64,000 nucleotides of DNA from Lysobacterales bacterium. GTDB lineage: Bacteria > Pseudomonadota > Gammaproteobacteria > Xanthomonadales > Wenzhouxiangellaceae. The stretch is from assembly GCA_034520805.1 (NCBI GenBank), contig JAXHNG010000008.1, positions 489,513-553,512 on the forward strand, in the 5' to 3' direction. Below the pieces are notes generated by a model, which had not been told where the DNA came from, ran no database searches, and was given only the letters and a program-made list of their open reading frames with translations. The position numbers were made by a program, and so were the translations under genes. How positions within the stretch are numbered: position 1 is the first letter of the stretch; each line of letters begins with the position of its first letter. Below are positions 40,185 to 49,114 of this stretch, piece after piece.

Positions 40185-41777
40185 CAAATTCGTGTAGTTC
40201 GGCCCAGATCCACCCTCCGGCGTGACCCAGTTGATGACCTGGTACGGATCTGCGATATCGCAGGTCTTGCAGTGCACGCAGTTGGCGGCGTTGATCTGCA
40301 ATCGCTTGCCGCCCTCGTCTTCGACCACTTCGTAGACGTTGGCCGGGCAGAACTTCGTGCAGGGGTTGCCGTACTCCTCTTCACACTTGGTAAAGCACAC
40401 ATCCGGGTCGATGATCTTGAGGTGGACGGGCTGGTCTTCGTCGTGTTCGGTCTGGGCGAAGTAGACCGAGGCCAGGCGGTCGCGCGGGGGCAGGTCACGA
40501 TCGACGTAGTCGAACTGCAGGCCTTTTTCGTCGAGCTTGCGGTACTGCTCATGATCGGCGTGATTGCTGAGCGTGCGTGGCAGGGCGCCCGCGGTAACGG
40601 TTTCGATGGCCGCGGTGGCCATGCCGCGCCACAGGCCCTTGTTGAAGCCAGGACGGATATTGCGCACTTTCTTGAGTTCCGCCATCACGTCGGAACCGCG
40701 CAGGCGCGCATCGAAACCCTCGCTGGACAGTTTTTCGGCCAGGTGCTCGGCGGCGAGCATGCCGGACTTCATCGCCTGGTGCACGCCCTTGATCTTGGGC
40801 ACGTTGAGCAGGCCGGCCGAATCGCCGATCAGCATCGCGCCGGGCATCTCGACTTTCGGCAGCGACTGGTAGCCGCCCTCGACCAGGGCGCGGGCACCGG
40901 CGGAAAGGATCTCTCCGCCTTCGAGAAATTCGTGCATCAAAGGATGGTGCTTCCACTGCTGGAAGGCCTCGAAAGGTGAGAATGTCGGATCCTGATAGTC
41001 GAGGCCGCAGACGAAGCCGACGGCCACGCGGTCCTTGTCCAGGTGATAGACGAAGCTGCCGCCGTAAATTTGCTTGGGCAGAGGCCAGCCGACGGTGTGC
41101 TGGATCAGGCCCGGCTCGACCCGTCCCTCGGGCAGGCGCCAGAGCTCCTTCAGGCCGATGCCGTAGCTCTGCGGATCGGAGTCGGCATCCAGCTTGTACT
41201 TCCTGATCGCGCGCTTGGTCAGGTGGCCGCGGCAGCCCTCGCCCAGCACGGTGACCGCCGCGTGGATCTCGATGCCCTGGACATACGAGTCCTTCTCGTT
41301 GCCCTTGGCGTCGACGCCCATGTCGCCGATGATCACGCCCTGGACTTCATCCTTGTCGTTGTAAGACAGATCGGCCGCTGCAAAGCCGGGAAACAGGTCC
41401 ACGCCCAGCGCCTCGGCCTTCGGTGCCAGCCAGCCGCACATCGCGCCGAGCGAGACGATGAAATTGCCGTGGTTTTTCTGCTGCGGCGGCGTGGGCAGCT
41501 TGCGCTTGCCGGTCTTGCTCAGGTACAGGAACTGATCCTTGCCGGCCGGCACGCAGATCGGCGGCGGGTCGTCGCGCCAGCCCTCGATCAGCGCATCCAG
41601 CGGCTCGGGCTCGATGACCGCGCCGGAGAGAATATGCCCGCCGATCTCGGCGGCCTTCTCGATCACGCAGACGTTGCAATCGTCGTTGAGCTGCTTGAGC
41701 CGGATCGCACAGGCCAGGCCGGCGGGGCCGGCACCGACGATGACGACGTCGTATTCCATGATTTCGCGTTTGGACAT
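40182..41777 (-). CDS. Electron transfer flavoprotein-ubiquinone oxidoreductase
   Basis: DVVIVGAGPAGL, GGHILSGA, KIKG.H.AMKSG, FCPANVYE, NCVHCKTCDI, PEGGSGPNY. Confidence 0.95.
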   Translation of the reverse strand: MSKREIMEYDVVIVGAGPAGLACAIRLKQLNDDCNVCVIEKAAEIGGHILSGAVIEPEPLDALIEGWRDDPPPICVPAGKDQFLYLSKTGKRKLPTPPQQKNHGNFIVSLGAMCGWLAPKAEALGVDLFPGFAAADLSYNDKDEVQGVIIGDMGVDAKGNEKDSYVQGIEIHAAVTVLGEGCRGHLTKRAIRKYKLDADSDPQSYGIGLKELWRLPEGRVEPGLIQHTVGWPLPKQIYGGSFVYHLDKDRVAVGFVCGLDYQDPTFSPFEAFQQWKHHPLMHEFLEGGEILSAGARALVEGGYQSLPKVEMPGAMLIGDSAGLLNVPKIKGVHQAMKSGMLAAEHLAEKLSSEGFDARLRGSDVMAELKKVRNIRPGFNKGLWRGMATAAIETVTAGALPRTLSNHADHEQYRKLDEKGLQFDYVDRDLPPRDRLASVYFAQTEHDEDQPVHLKIIDPDVCFTKCEEEYGNPCTKFCPANVYEVVEDEGGKRLQINAANCVHCKTCDIADPYQVINWVTPEGGSGPNYTNL

Positions 41778-41856
41778 GGGATTCGTTGGGGGTCGGGGGT
41801 CAGACTCCAAAGGATACAGGGAAGGCGCTGATGGTGTCAGCCCGAAACCCGGCGCA

Positions 41857-42480
41857 TCAGTGACCGTTGCCGGATTCGAGCAGTCGCTCGATCTCGGGCC
41901 ATACGTCCTCCAGCATCAGCGGCTGGGCCTCGGCCGTGGGGTGGATGCCGTCGTCCATCAGCATGCCCGGCTGGTCGAAAATGTCGTCGAGAAAGAACGG
42001 CAGCAGCTCGACATCGTATTCTTCGGCCAGGCGCGGGTAGATCGCCTCGAAACGCTCGATGTAGACCGGCCCCAGATTGGGCGGCAGGCGGATCTGCATC
42101 AGTGCGACTTTTGCCCCCGACGCCTTGCCTTTCTCGATCACGGCCGCCAGATTGCTCTCGGTCTGGCTCGGTGAAAGCCCCCGCAGGCCGTCATTGCCGC
42201 CGAGGATGACCACAACGACATCCGGGCGGTGGGTTTCCAGCAGGCCGTCGATGCGCGTGGCCGCCCCAGCGGTGGTCTCGCCCGAAATGCTGGCGTTGAC
42301 CACCTCGTGCTCGCCGTCGACCCGCTCGGACAGGAGCTGAACCCAGCCCGATTCACGGGGAATGGAATAGGCATCGGAGAGACTGTCGCCGACAATCATG
42401 AGCGTCGCCGCACTCGCCGGCAGGCACAATAGCGTGCCAATGAGCGCGACGAGCAATTCTTTCGAGAACAAGTTGAACAT
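41857..42480 (-). CDS. tesA: SGNH arylesterase/acyl-CoA thioesterase I
   Basis: Signal peptide, GDSLS, NASISGETT, LGGNDGLRG, DGIHP. Confidence 0.93.
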   Translation of the reverse strand: MFNLFSKELLVALIGTLLCLPASAATLMIVGDSLSDAYSIPRESGWVQLLSERVDGEHEVVNASISGETTAGAATRIDGLLETHRPDVVVVILGGNDGLRGLSPSQTESNLAAVIEKGKASGAKVALMQIRLPPNLGPVYIERFEAIYPRLAEEYDVELLPFFLDDIFDQPGMLMDDGIHPTAEAQPLMLEDVWPEIERLLESGNGH

Positions 42481-43183
42481 GGATCAATCCGTTGAAAACA
42501 TCCTGTCAGCCCGACAGGTAGGCTTTTCCGTCGACGCCCCGGGCGGGCGACTCGAGATTCTCAAAGATATCAGCCTGGACCTGAACGCCGGCGAAACGCT
42601 GGCGATCGTGGGTGCTTCCGGCTCGGGCAAGACGACCCTTCTGGGCCTGCTCGCCGGCCTCGACCGGCCGACTGTCGGCGATATCCGGCTGATCGGCGGC
42701 GAACTCAAGTCGCTGAACGAGAACGCCCGCGCCCGACTGCGCAAGCGCCACGTCGGCTTCGTTTTCCAGAGTTTTCACCTGCTGCCGAGCCTGACCGCGC
42801 TGGAGAACGTGATGCTGGCTCTCGAGATCGCGGGCTTCGAAAATGCCCGAAAACGCGCCCTCGAGGCGCTCGACCAGGTTGGGCTGAGCCACCGCCTGGA
42901 ACACTACCCGCGCCAGCTCTCCGGCGGCGAGCAGCAGCGCGTGGCGATCGCGCGGGCCTTTGCCGGCGAGCCCGACATCCTGTTCGCCGACGAACCCACG
43001 GGCAACCTCGACCAGCGCACCGGCGAGGCCGTGGCCGACCTGCTGTTCGAGCTCAACGAACGCCACGGCACAGCGCTGGTACTGGTCACACACGACACGA
43101 AGCTCGCTCGGCGGTGTGGGCGCGTGGAGGAGATCGTGGACGGCTCGCTGGCGGGCACTGAGCAACCTGTGGCGCCGTCATGA
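42479..43183 (+). CDS. ybbA: ABC transporter ATP-binding protein (YbbA-like)
   Basis: GASGSGKTT, LSGGEQQRVA, FADEPTGNLD; divergent from tesA; start uncertain. Confidence 0.9.
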   Translation: MDQSVENILSARQVGFSVDAPGGRLEILKDISLDLNAGETLAIVGASGSGKTTLLGLLAGLDRPTVGDIRLIGGELKSLNENARARLRKRHVGFVFQSFHLLPSLTALENVMLALEIAGFENARKRALEALDQVGLSHRLEHYPRQLSGGEQQRVAIARAFAGEPDILFADEPTGNLDQRTGEAVADLLFELNERHGTALVLVTHDTKLARRCGRVEEIVDGSLAGTEQPVAPS

Positions 43184-43211
43184 TGGCTGGGGAGATCACT
43201 CGGACTCCGAA

Positions 43212-43289
43212 GGGGTCAGGATTCAGGGGTCAGGGGTCAGAAAATACCCCCGGATCCCGCTAGTGGATGCCCTGACCCCTGAACCCTCA
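43212..43289. repeat. Inverted heptamer-repeat pair between ybbA and ybbP
   Basis: ggggtca ggattca ggggtca ggggtca ... cctgacc cctgaac cctca. Confidence 0.8.
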
Positions 43290-43310
43290 CTCAGCCGCAG
43301 CCATTAGCCG

Positions 43311-45770
43311 ATGAACGCCACCACCCTCTCGCTAAAGCTCCTCACCCGCCAGGCCCGCTCGAGCGCCCTGGTGATGCTGTTTGCCGGCCTGGTGGTGGCC
43401 ACGGCCGCGCTGGCGGCGGTGAGTCTGTTTACCGACCGGGTCGGGCGGGCACTGGAGCGCCAGGCCGGGGAAGTGCTGGCCGCCGACCTGGTCGTGACCG
43501 GGCGTGAGCGGCTGCCCGACGAATACCGGGACAAGGCCAGCGAACTGGGCCTGGACACCGCCGAGATCGCGCTGTTGAGTACGGTGCTGTTCATCGGTGA
43601 TGAAAGCCACCTGGTCGACGTCAAGGCCGTCACCGAAGGCTATCCCCTGCGCGGGCAGCTCAAGCTGGCCGACCGGCTCGGCGCCGAGGAGACGACCACG
43701 ACCAACGGGGCGCCGGAACCCGGACGAGGCTGGATGGCCGCCCGCGGCTTGCGACTGTTCGAGACCGACACCGGCGTGGCGGCCGACATCGGCCGAAAGC
43801 CGGTCACCATCGAGCGCGTTCTGACCTGGGAACCCGACCGCGGCGGCAGCCGCTTCATGCTCGCCCCGCGGCTGATCGTCCACATGGACGACCTGCTGGC
43901 CAGTGAATTGCTTGGCCCCGGCTCGCGGGTTCGCTGGCGCCTGCTGGTCGCCGGCAGTGAATCGGCCGTGTCCGAATTCCGGCGCTGGGTCGAACCCCGG
44001 CTCGAAGACCGTCAGGACATCGAAACCGTTGCCGACGCCGAAGCCGATACCGGCGAGGCGCTGGAGCAGGCGCGCCGCTTCCTCGGCGTGGCGGCGCTCA
44101 CGGCTGTCATCCTCGCCGCCGCGGCCGTGCTACTGGCGGCACTGAGATACTCGCGCTCGCAGCGCGACCTGGTTGCCCTGCTCAAGGCTTTCGGCGCCGA
44201 GGGCCGCCAGATCCTGGGGGCGCTGAGCCTGATGCTGCTGTGGCTGGCGCTGGCAGCGATCGTCACCGGCGGGCTGCTGGCCTTCGGCGCACAAGCCGTC
44301 ATCGCCTCGATCCTGGCCGACGGGCCGGCCGGTGAACTGCCGCCGGCGCGCCTGATGCCGCTGGTCGGCAGCGGCAGTTTTACGCTGCTGCTGGCCGCCG
44401 GCTTCGCCCTGCCGCCACTGGTCGCGCTCAGATCGGTGGCGCCGATGCGCATTCTCAACCGCTCACTCGACACCCGGCCCGGCCTGGCCGGCGGATTGTG
44501 GCTGCTGCCGATCCTGGGCGCGCTGACCATTCCGGTGCTGCAGCTGGGCAACCTGCGCCTGGCGATGATCGTGCTCGGTGGTTCGGCGGCGCTGGCCGCC
44601 TTGCTCGCCCTTTCAGCCTGGGGGGCGATGGGGCTGAGCCGGCAGCTGTCGAAGCACACGCGCGCTGACTGGCGCTTCGGACTGGCCGGGCTGCACCGCC
44701 GCCGCGGCCAGGGCATCATCCAGATCACCGCCCTGGGCTTGGGGCTGATGGCCCTGCTGCTTCTGATGATCGTGCGCGCGGAGCTTCTGGAGCAGTGGCG
44801 CGACAGCCTGCCCGAGGACACCGCCGATCATTTCGTGGTCAATATCCAGCCCGACCAGCGCGAGGCGGTGAACGAGGCACTGCTCGAAGCCGGCGCGAGA
44901 AACCTGCAGATCCGCCCGATGGCCACGGTCAATCTCATCGAGGTCAACGGCGAACCGCCGCCGGACCACCGCTGGGCCGGGCAGGTCAATGTCTCCTGGA
45001 TCGCCAGGCTGCCGCCGGCCAACCGGGTGGCCGAGGGCGTGTTCTTCGCGCCGGATGCGGAGGGCGAAATCTCGCTGGCCCGGCGGTGGGCCGAGCGAAC
45101 GGGCATCGGCATGGGCGACACCATGTTGTTCGAATCGGGCGGGCAACGCCTGGAGGCGACGGTCACGAGCATGCGCGAAGTCGAGTGGGAGTCGTTCAAC
45201 GTCAACTTCTTCATCCTGCTCACGCCCGGCGACGGCGAAACGCTGCCGCATCAGCTCATCGCCAGCTTCAGCCTGCCCGACGACGCCGGGCCGCTGCGCG
45301 ATATCCAGCAGGGCTGGCCCAACGTGTCGATCATCGATATCGGCGCCCTGCTGGATCGAATTGGAGAAATCATCGACCGGGTCTCGAGCGCCGCCCAGGT
45401 GGTGTTCTTCTTTACCCTGATCGCCGGGCTCGTCGTCCTGCTGGCCGCGCTCGAGGCCACGCGCGACGAGCGCCGGCAGGAAGCGGCCCTGATCCGCGCC
45501 CTGGGCGCCGGCGACGCCGTGGTCCATCGCGGCCTGCTGATCGAGTACGGCGCCATGGCCCTGATCGCCGCCGTGCTGGCTACCGGCGGCGCCGCGCTCA
45601 CCGGCTGGCTGCTGGCGCGCGAGTTGTTCGAGTTTGCCTACCGTCCCTCGGGGCTGCTGTTGGCAAGCGGCTTTGTCGCCTCTTTCGTACTGGTCGTTGG
45701 CAGCGGCTGGCTTGGCAACCGTTCCGTGCTCAGAACCTCGCCGATCCGAATCCTGCGCGCCGGCGGATAG
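43311..45770 (+). CDS. ybbP: ABC transporter permease (YbbP/FtsX family)
   Basis: VKAV..GYPLRG, F.VNIQPDQ, R.V.WESFNVNFF, two FtsX-like TM blocks. Confidence 0.9.
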   Translation: MNATTLSLKLLTRQARSSALVMLFAGLVVATAALAAVSLFTDRVGRALERQAGEVLAADLVVTGRERLPDEYRDKASELGLDTAEIALLSTVLFIGDESHLVDVKAVTEGYPLRGQLKLADRLGAEETTTTNGAPEPGRGWMAARGLRLFETDTGVAADIGRKPVTIERVLTWEPDRGGSRFMLAPRLIVHMDDLLASELLGPGSRVRWRLLVAGSESAVSEFRRWVEPRLEDRQDIETVADAEADTGEALEQARRFLGVAALTAVILAAAAVLLAALRYSRSQRDLVALLKAFGAEGRQILGALSLMLLWLALAAIVTGGLLAFGAQAVIASILADGPAGELPPARLMPLVGSGSFTLLLAAGFALPPLVALRSVAPMRILNRSLDTRPGLAGGLWLLPILGALTIPVLQLGNLRLAMIVLGGSAALAALLALSAWGAMGLSRQLSKHTRADWRFGLAGLHRRRGQGIIQITALGLGLMALLLLMIVRAELLEQWRDSLPEDTADHFVVNIQPDQREAVNEALLEAGARNLQIRPMATVNLIEVNGEPPPDHRWAGQVNVSWIARLPPANRVAEGVFFAPDAEGEISLARRWAERTGIGMGDTMLFESGGQRLEATVTSMREVEWESFNVNFFILLTPGDGETLPHQLIASFSLPDDAGPLRDIQQGWPNVSIIDIGALLDRIGEIIDRVSSAAQVVFFFTLIAGLVVLLAALEATRDERRQEAALIRALGAGDAVVHRGLLIEYGAMALIAAVLATGGAALTGWLLARELFEFAYRPSGLLLASGFVASFVLVVGSGWLGNRSVLRTSPIRILRAGG

Positions 45771-45771
45771 C

Positions 45772-47163
45772 GTGAGCACTTTGCCGGACGCCGTCGCCCC
45801 GGAAGCACACGCCGACCCGCACGCCAACCTGATTCTCTACGGCTCGCGTCTGCGGGTGCTGTGGCATATGGCCTGGCCGGCCATCGCCGTGATGATGGCT
45901 TTTGGTCTCAATGCGGTCATGGACGCCGTCTACATCGGCCACTTGATTGGCGAGCAGGCCCTGGCCGGCGCGGTGCTGGCCTATCCCCTGACGCAACTCA
46001 CCCTGGGCCTGGGTTCGCTGGCCGGCATCGGCGGCGGCGTTGCGCTGTCGATCGCCATCGGACGCGCCGACCGTGAAGCGGTTCGCCAGCTGCCGGGCAC
46101 CGCACTGACCATCGCCTTTGCGCTGTCGCTGGGCTATGCGCTGCTGGGCGGCGCGCTGGCTGAAAAGCTGGTCTACGCGATGGGCGCGCGCGATGACCTG
46201 GTCGAGATCGCCGCCGCCTACCTGCGCGCCTCGGCCCTGGGCGGATTCGGCGCCATCGCTGGCGTGACGCTCAACATGCTGCTCCGCGGCGAGGGCAAGA
46301 TGAAGCTGGCGGCCGGCTACATGGCCACGGGCCTGCTGGTCAACGTGATTCTGACGCCGGTATTCATTGCGTTCTTCGACTGGGGCGTAGCGGGCGCGGC
46401 ATGGGCGACGAACATCGGCGGTGCCGTCGGCGGCCTGCTGGTCTGGCGGCGATTCGCGCTGGGCCGCGCGAGCTATCCGGTCGACGCCCGCTTCCTGGGC
46501 TTGCCGCGGGCCCTGGCCCGTCGCGTCGTTCGGCTGGGCACGCCGGCGATGGTGCAAAGCTCCACCGGCCTGGTCCAGGCGGTGGTGGTGTTCAACATGC
46601 TCAGCCGCATCGGCAGCGAAGCCGACATCGCTTTCTTCGGCGCGGCCTGGCGCGTGCTGCTGTTCATGCTGACCCCGCTGTTCGGCCTCATGCGGGCCTT
46701 CCAGCCGGTAGCCGGCATCAACTACGGCGCCGGCCAATGGCAGCGCATCCGCGACAGCTACTGGACCTTCGTCGCCGCCGGCGCGGCCATGATCGTGCCG
46801 ATCTGGATCGTGATGAACCTATACCCAGAGGCGACGCTGGCGCTGATGCTGCCCGATGCCCTGCTGGGACCGATCGACCTGCACCGATTCCGGGTGCTGA
46901 TACTGGTGCTGCCGGTACTGCCCATCGTGTTCACCGCACTGGCATTGTTACCGGCGATCGAGCAGCCCGGCAAGGCCACCCTGGTGTCGGTTTCAAGGCA
47001 GTTCCTGTTCTACGTACCGGTGATGCTCACGCTGCCGAGCCTGATCGGGGTGTCGGGGGTGTACTACGGCGCAACCTCGATCGACTTCGTTTGCGCGATG
47101 TGGCTGCTGATGATCGTACTGCTGACCTTTCGAAAGGCTCAGTCCAATCCCGGGGAGTCCTGA
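45772..47163 (+). CDS. MATE family efflux transporter
   Basis: About 12 TMs, LLRGEG, NVILTPVFI, GVAGAAWAT, QPVAGINYGAG; GTG start inferred. Confidence 0.9.
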   Translation: MSTLPDAVAPEAHADPHANLILYGSRLRVLWHMAWPAIAVMMAFGLNAVMDAVYIGHLIGEQALAGAVLAYPLTQLTLGLGSLAGIGGGVALSIAIGRADREAVRQLPGTALTIAFALSLGYALLGGALAEKLVYAMGARDDLVEIAAAYLRASALGGFGAIAGVTLNMLLRGEGKMKLAAGYMATGLLVNVILTPVFIAFFDWGVAGAAWATNIGGAVGGLLVWRRFALGRASYPVDARFLGLPRALARRVVRLGTPAMVQSSTGLVQAVVVFNMLSRIGSEADIAFFGAAWRVLLFMLTPLFGLMRAFQPVAGINYGAGQWQRIRDSYWTFVAAGAAMIVPIWIVMNLYPEATLALMLPDALLGPIDLHRFRVLILVLPVLPIVFTALALLPAIEQPGKATLVSVSRQFLFYVPVMLTLPSLIGVSGVYYGATSIDFVCAMWLLMIVLLTFRKAQSNPGES

Positions 47164-47169
47164 GAGTGC

Positions 47170-47571
47170 TCAGCGCTTGCGGACGTCGCGCAGGATCGTG
47201 TACGTCGTGATGTGCTTGTTCGCTTCCTCGTCGTCCTGGCGCTGCCCGGGACGCGTGTCGGCGTGGCGGCCCAGGTACTTCATGTCGTCGCCCGGACCGG
47301 CACGATATACCAGCAGCGCGTTGCTGGACGAGGGCAGCGGCTTGTCGGAAATCAGGGTGAATTGATTCGCGTTCTTGCCCGAATCGGCTACCGTGACCTT
47401 GGTAAAGCGACTGCTTGCGCCGCTCATGTCGGAAATGGCGCCTTGATAGAAGGTTGTCTGTCCACGCCGCTCAAGCCCGATCGTGCTCGACAGCGAGGCG
47501 CACATTTCCTCGGCACGCTTGATCGTGTCGTTTGACATGAATTCGTAGATATCGTCGTCTTCTTGGCGCAT
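47170..47571 (-). CDS. Hypothetical protein (133 aa)
   Basis: Open frame filling the gap; GGAG/AGGGA upstream of ATG 47571; no motif recognised. Confidence 0.6.
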   Translation of the reverse strand: MRQEDDDIYEFMSNDTIKRAEEMCASLSSTIGLERRGQTTFYQGAISDMSGASSRFTKVTVADSGKNANQFTLISDKPLPSSSNALLVYRAGPGDDMKYLGRHADTRPGQRQDDEEANKHITTYTILRDVRKR

Positions 47572-47713
47572 TTCCCTAGTCTCCTGCAGAAAAGTGATGA
47601 ACATCACGTCTGCGTTAATTCCCAGCAATATATCGCAAATTCCGGGGTCATCCGAAACCGTTCTTTCACAAATGTGATCCGCTCGTCGGACAATGGTTCC
47701 GAAAGCGCGGTAA

Positions 47714-49015
47714 TCAGGTGCCTCGCCGCTGGCGCTGCCACCAGGCCAGCCGCTTGGCGACCTCACGCTCGAAACCGCGCTCGGTGGGACGGTAGAAGCG
47801 CTGCCGGTCCATCTCGCCGGGGAAATAATCCTGCCCGGAAAACCCCGTATCGGTGTCGTGGTCGTAGACGTAGTCCTTGCCGTAGCCGAGATCCTTCATC
47901 AGGCCGGTCGGTGCATTGAGGATATGAGCCGGTGGCATCAGCGAGCCGGTCTCCTTCGCCGAACGCCAGGCAGCACCCGCGGCCTTGTAGACGGCGTTGG
48001 ACTTGGGCGCGGTGGCCAGGTAGAGCGTGGCCTGGACAATGGACAGTTCACCCTCGGGCGAGCCCAGCACCTCGTAGGCTTCCCGCGCGGCCAGCGCCTG
48101 TGTCAGGGCCTGCGGGTCGGCCAGGCCGATGTCCTCGGAAGCAAAGCGGATCAGCCGCCGGGCGACGTAGAGCGGGTCCTCCCCGCCGACGAGCATGCGC
48201 GCGAGCCAGTACAGGGCAGCGTCGGCATCCGAGCCGCGCAGCGACTTGTGCAGGGCCGAAATCAGGTTGTAGTGGGCTTCCCGGTCCTTGTCGTAGGCGG
48301 GCGCCCGGCGCTGAACCAGGCCCATGAGCGCTTCACTATCGATCGTCTCTTCGTCGCCTGCCAGCTGGTAGATCGCCTCGGCCATGTTGAGCAGATAGCG
48401 GCCGTCACCGTCGGCCATGGCCAGCAGCATTTCTCGCGCGGCCGCGTCGACCGGCAGCGCCCGGTCGACATGCGCTTGTGCACGCTCGAGCAGGCGATCG
48501 AGCGCCTTGTGGTCCAGACGCTGCAGAACCAGAACCTGCATGCGCGACAGAAGCGCGCCGTTGAGCTCGAAAGAGGGATTCTCGGTGGTCGCACCCACCA
48601 GCGTGATCGTGCCGTCCTCGACATGCGGCAGGAAACTGTCCTGCTGGGCGCGGTTGAATCGGTGGATCTCGTCGACGAACAGCAGCGTGCCCTGCCCGCT
48701 CTGCCGGCGCAGTTTTGCGGCCTCGAAGATCTTCTTGAGTTCCCCCACGCCGGAAAAGATGGCCGAGACCTGGACGAAACTCAGCTCGCCCACCTGGGCG
48801 AGCAGCCGTGCCAGGGTCGTCTTGCCGGTCCCCGGCGGCCCCCAGAAGACCAGTGAGGCAACGCGGCCGGAATCGATCATGCGTCGCAAGGGCCCCGACT
48901 CGCCAAGCAGGTGTTCCTGACCGACCACCTCTTCGAATTGACGGGGGCGCAACCGATCGGCCAGCGGGCCACCGGGCGCCTGGTCGCTACTTTCAGAGGC
49001 AAAAAGATCGCTCAT
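47714..49015 (-). CDS. rarA: Replication-associated recombination protein A
   Basis: PLADRLRP, WGPPGTGKTT, FVDEIHRFN, GATTENPSF, SALHKSLRGSD, APKSN. Confidence 0.96.
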   Translation of the reverse strand: MSDLFASESSDQAPGGPLADRLRPRQFEEVVGQEHLLGESGPLRRMIDSGRVASLVFWGPPGTGKTTLARLLAQVGELSFVQVSAIFSGVGELKKIFEAAKLRRQSGQGTLLFVDEIHRFNRAQQDSFLPHVEDGTITLVGATTENPSFELNGALLSRMQVLVLQRLDHKALDRLLERAQAHVDRALPVDAAAREMLLAMADGDGRYLLNMAEAIYQLAGDEETIDSEALMGLVQRRAPAYDKDREAHYNLISALHKSLRGSDADAALYWLARMLVGGEDPLYVARRLIRFASEDIGLADPQALTQALAAREAYEVLGSPEGELSIVQATLYLATAPKSNAVYKAAGAAWRSAKETGSLMPPAHILNAPTGLMKDLGYGKDYVYDHDTDTGFSGQDYFPGEMDRQRFYRPTERGFEREVAKRLAWWQRQRRGT

Positions 49016-49114
49016 GGTCATCATTCTACGCGCCAGCAAAGACGTTCGAATGGCGGTATTCGCGGCCATTGCTATACTCGTCGGCACAACAAGACGACGA
49101 GGGAAGAAGCCACT

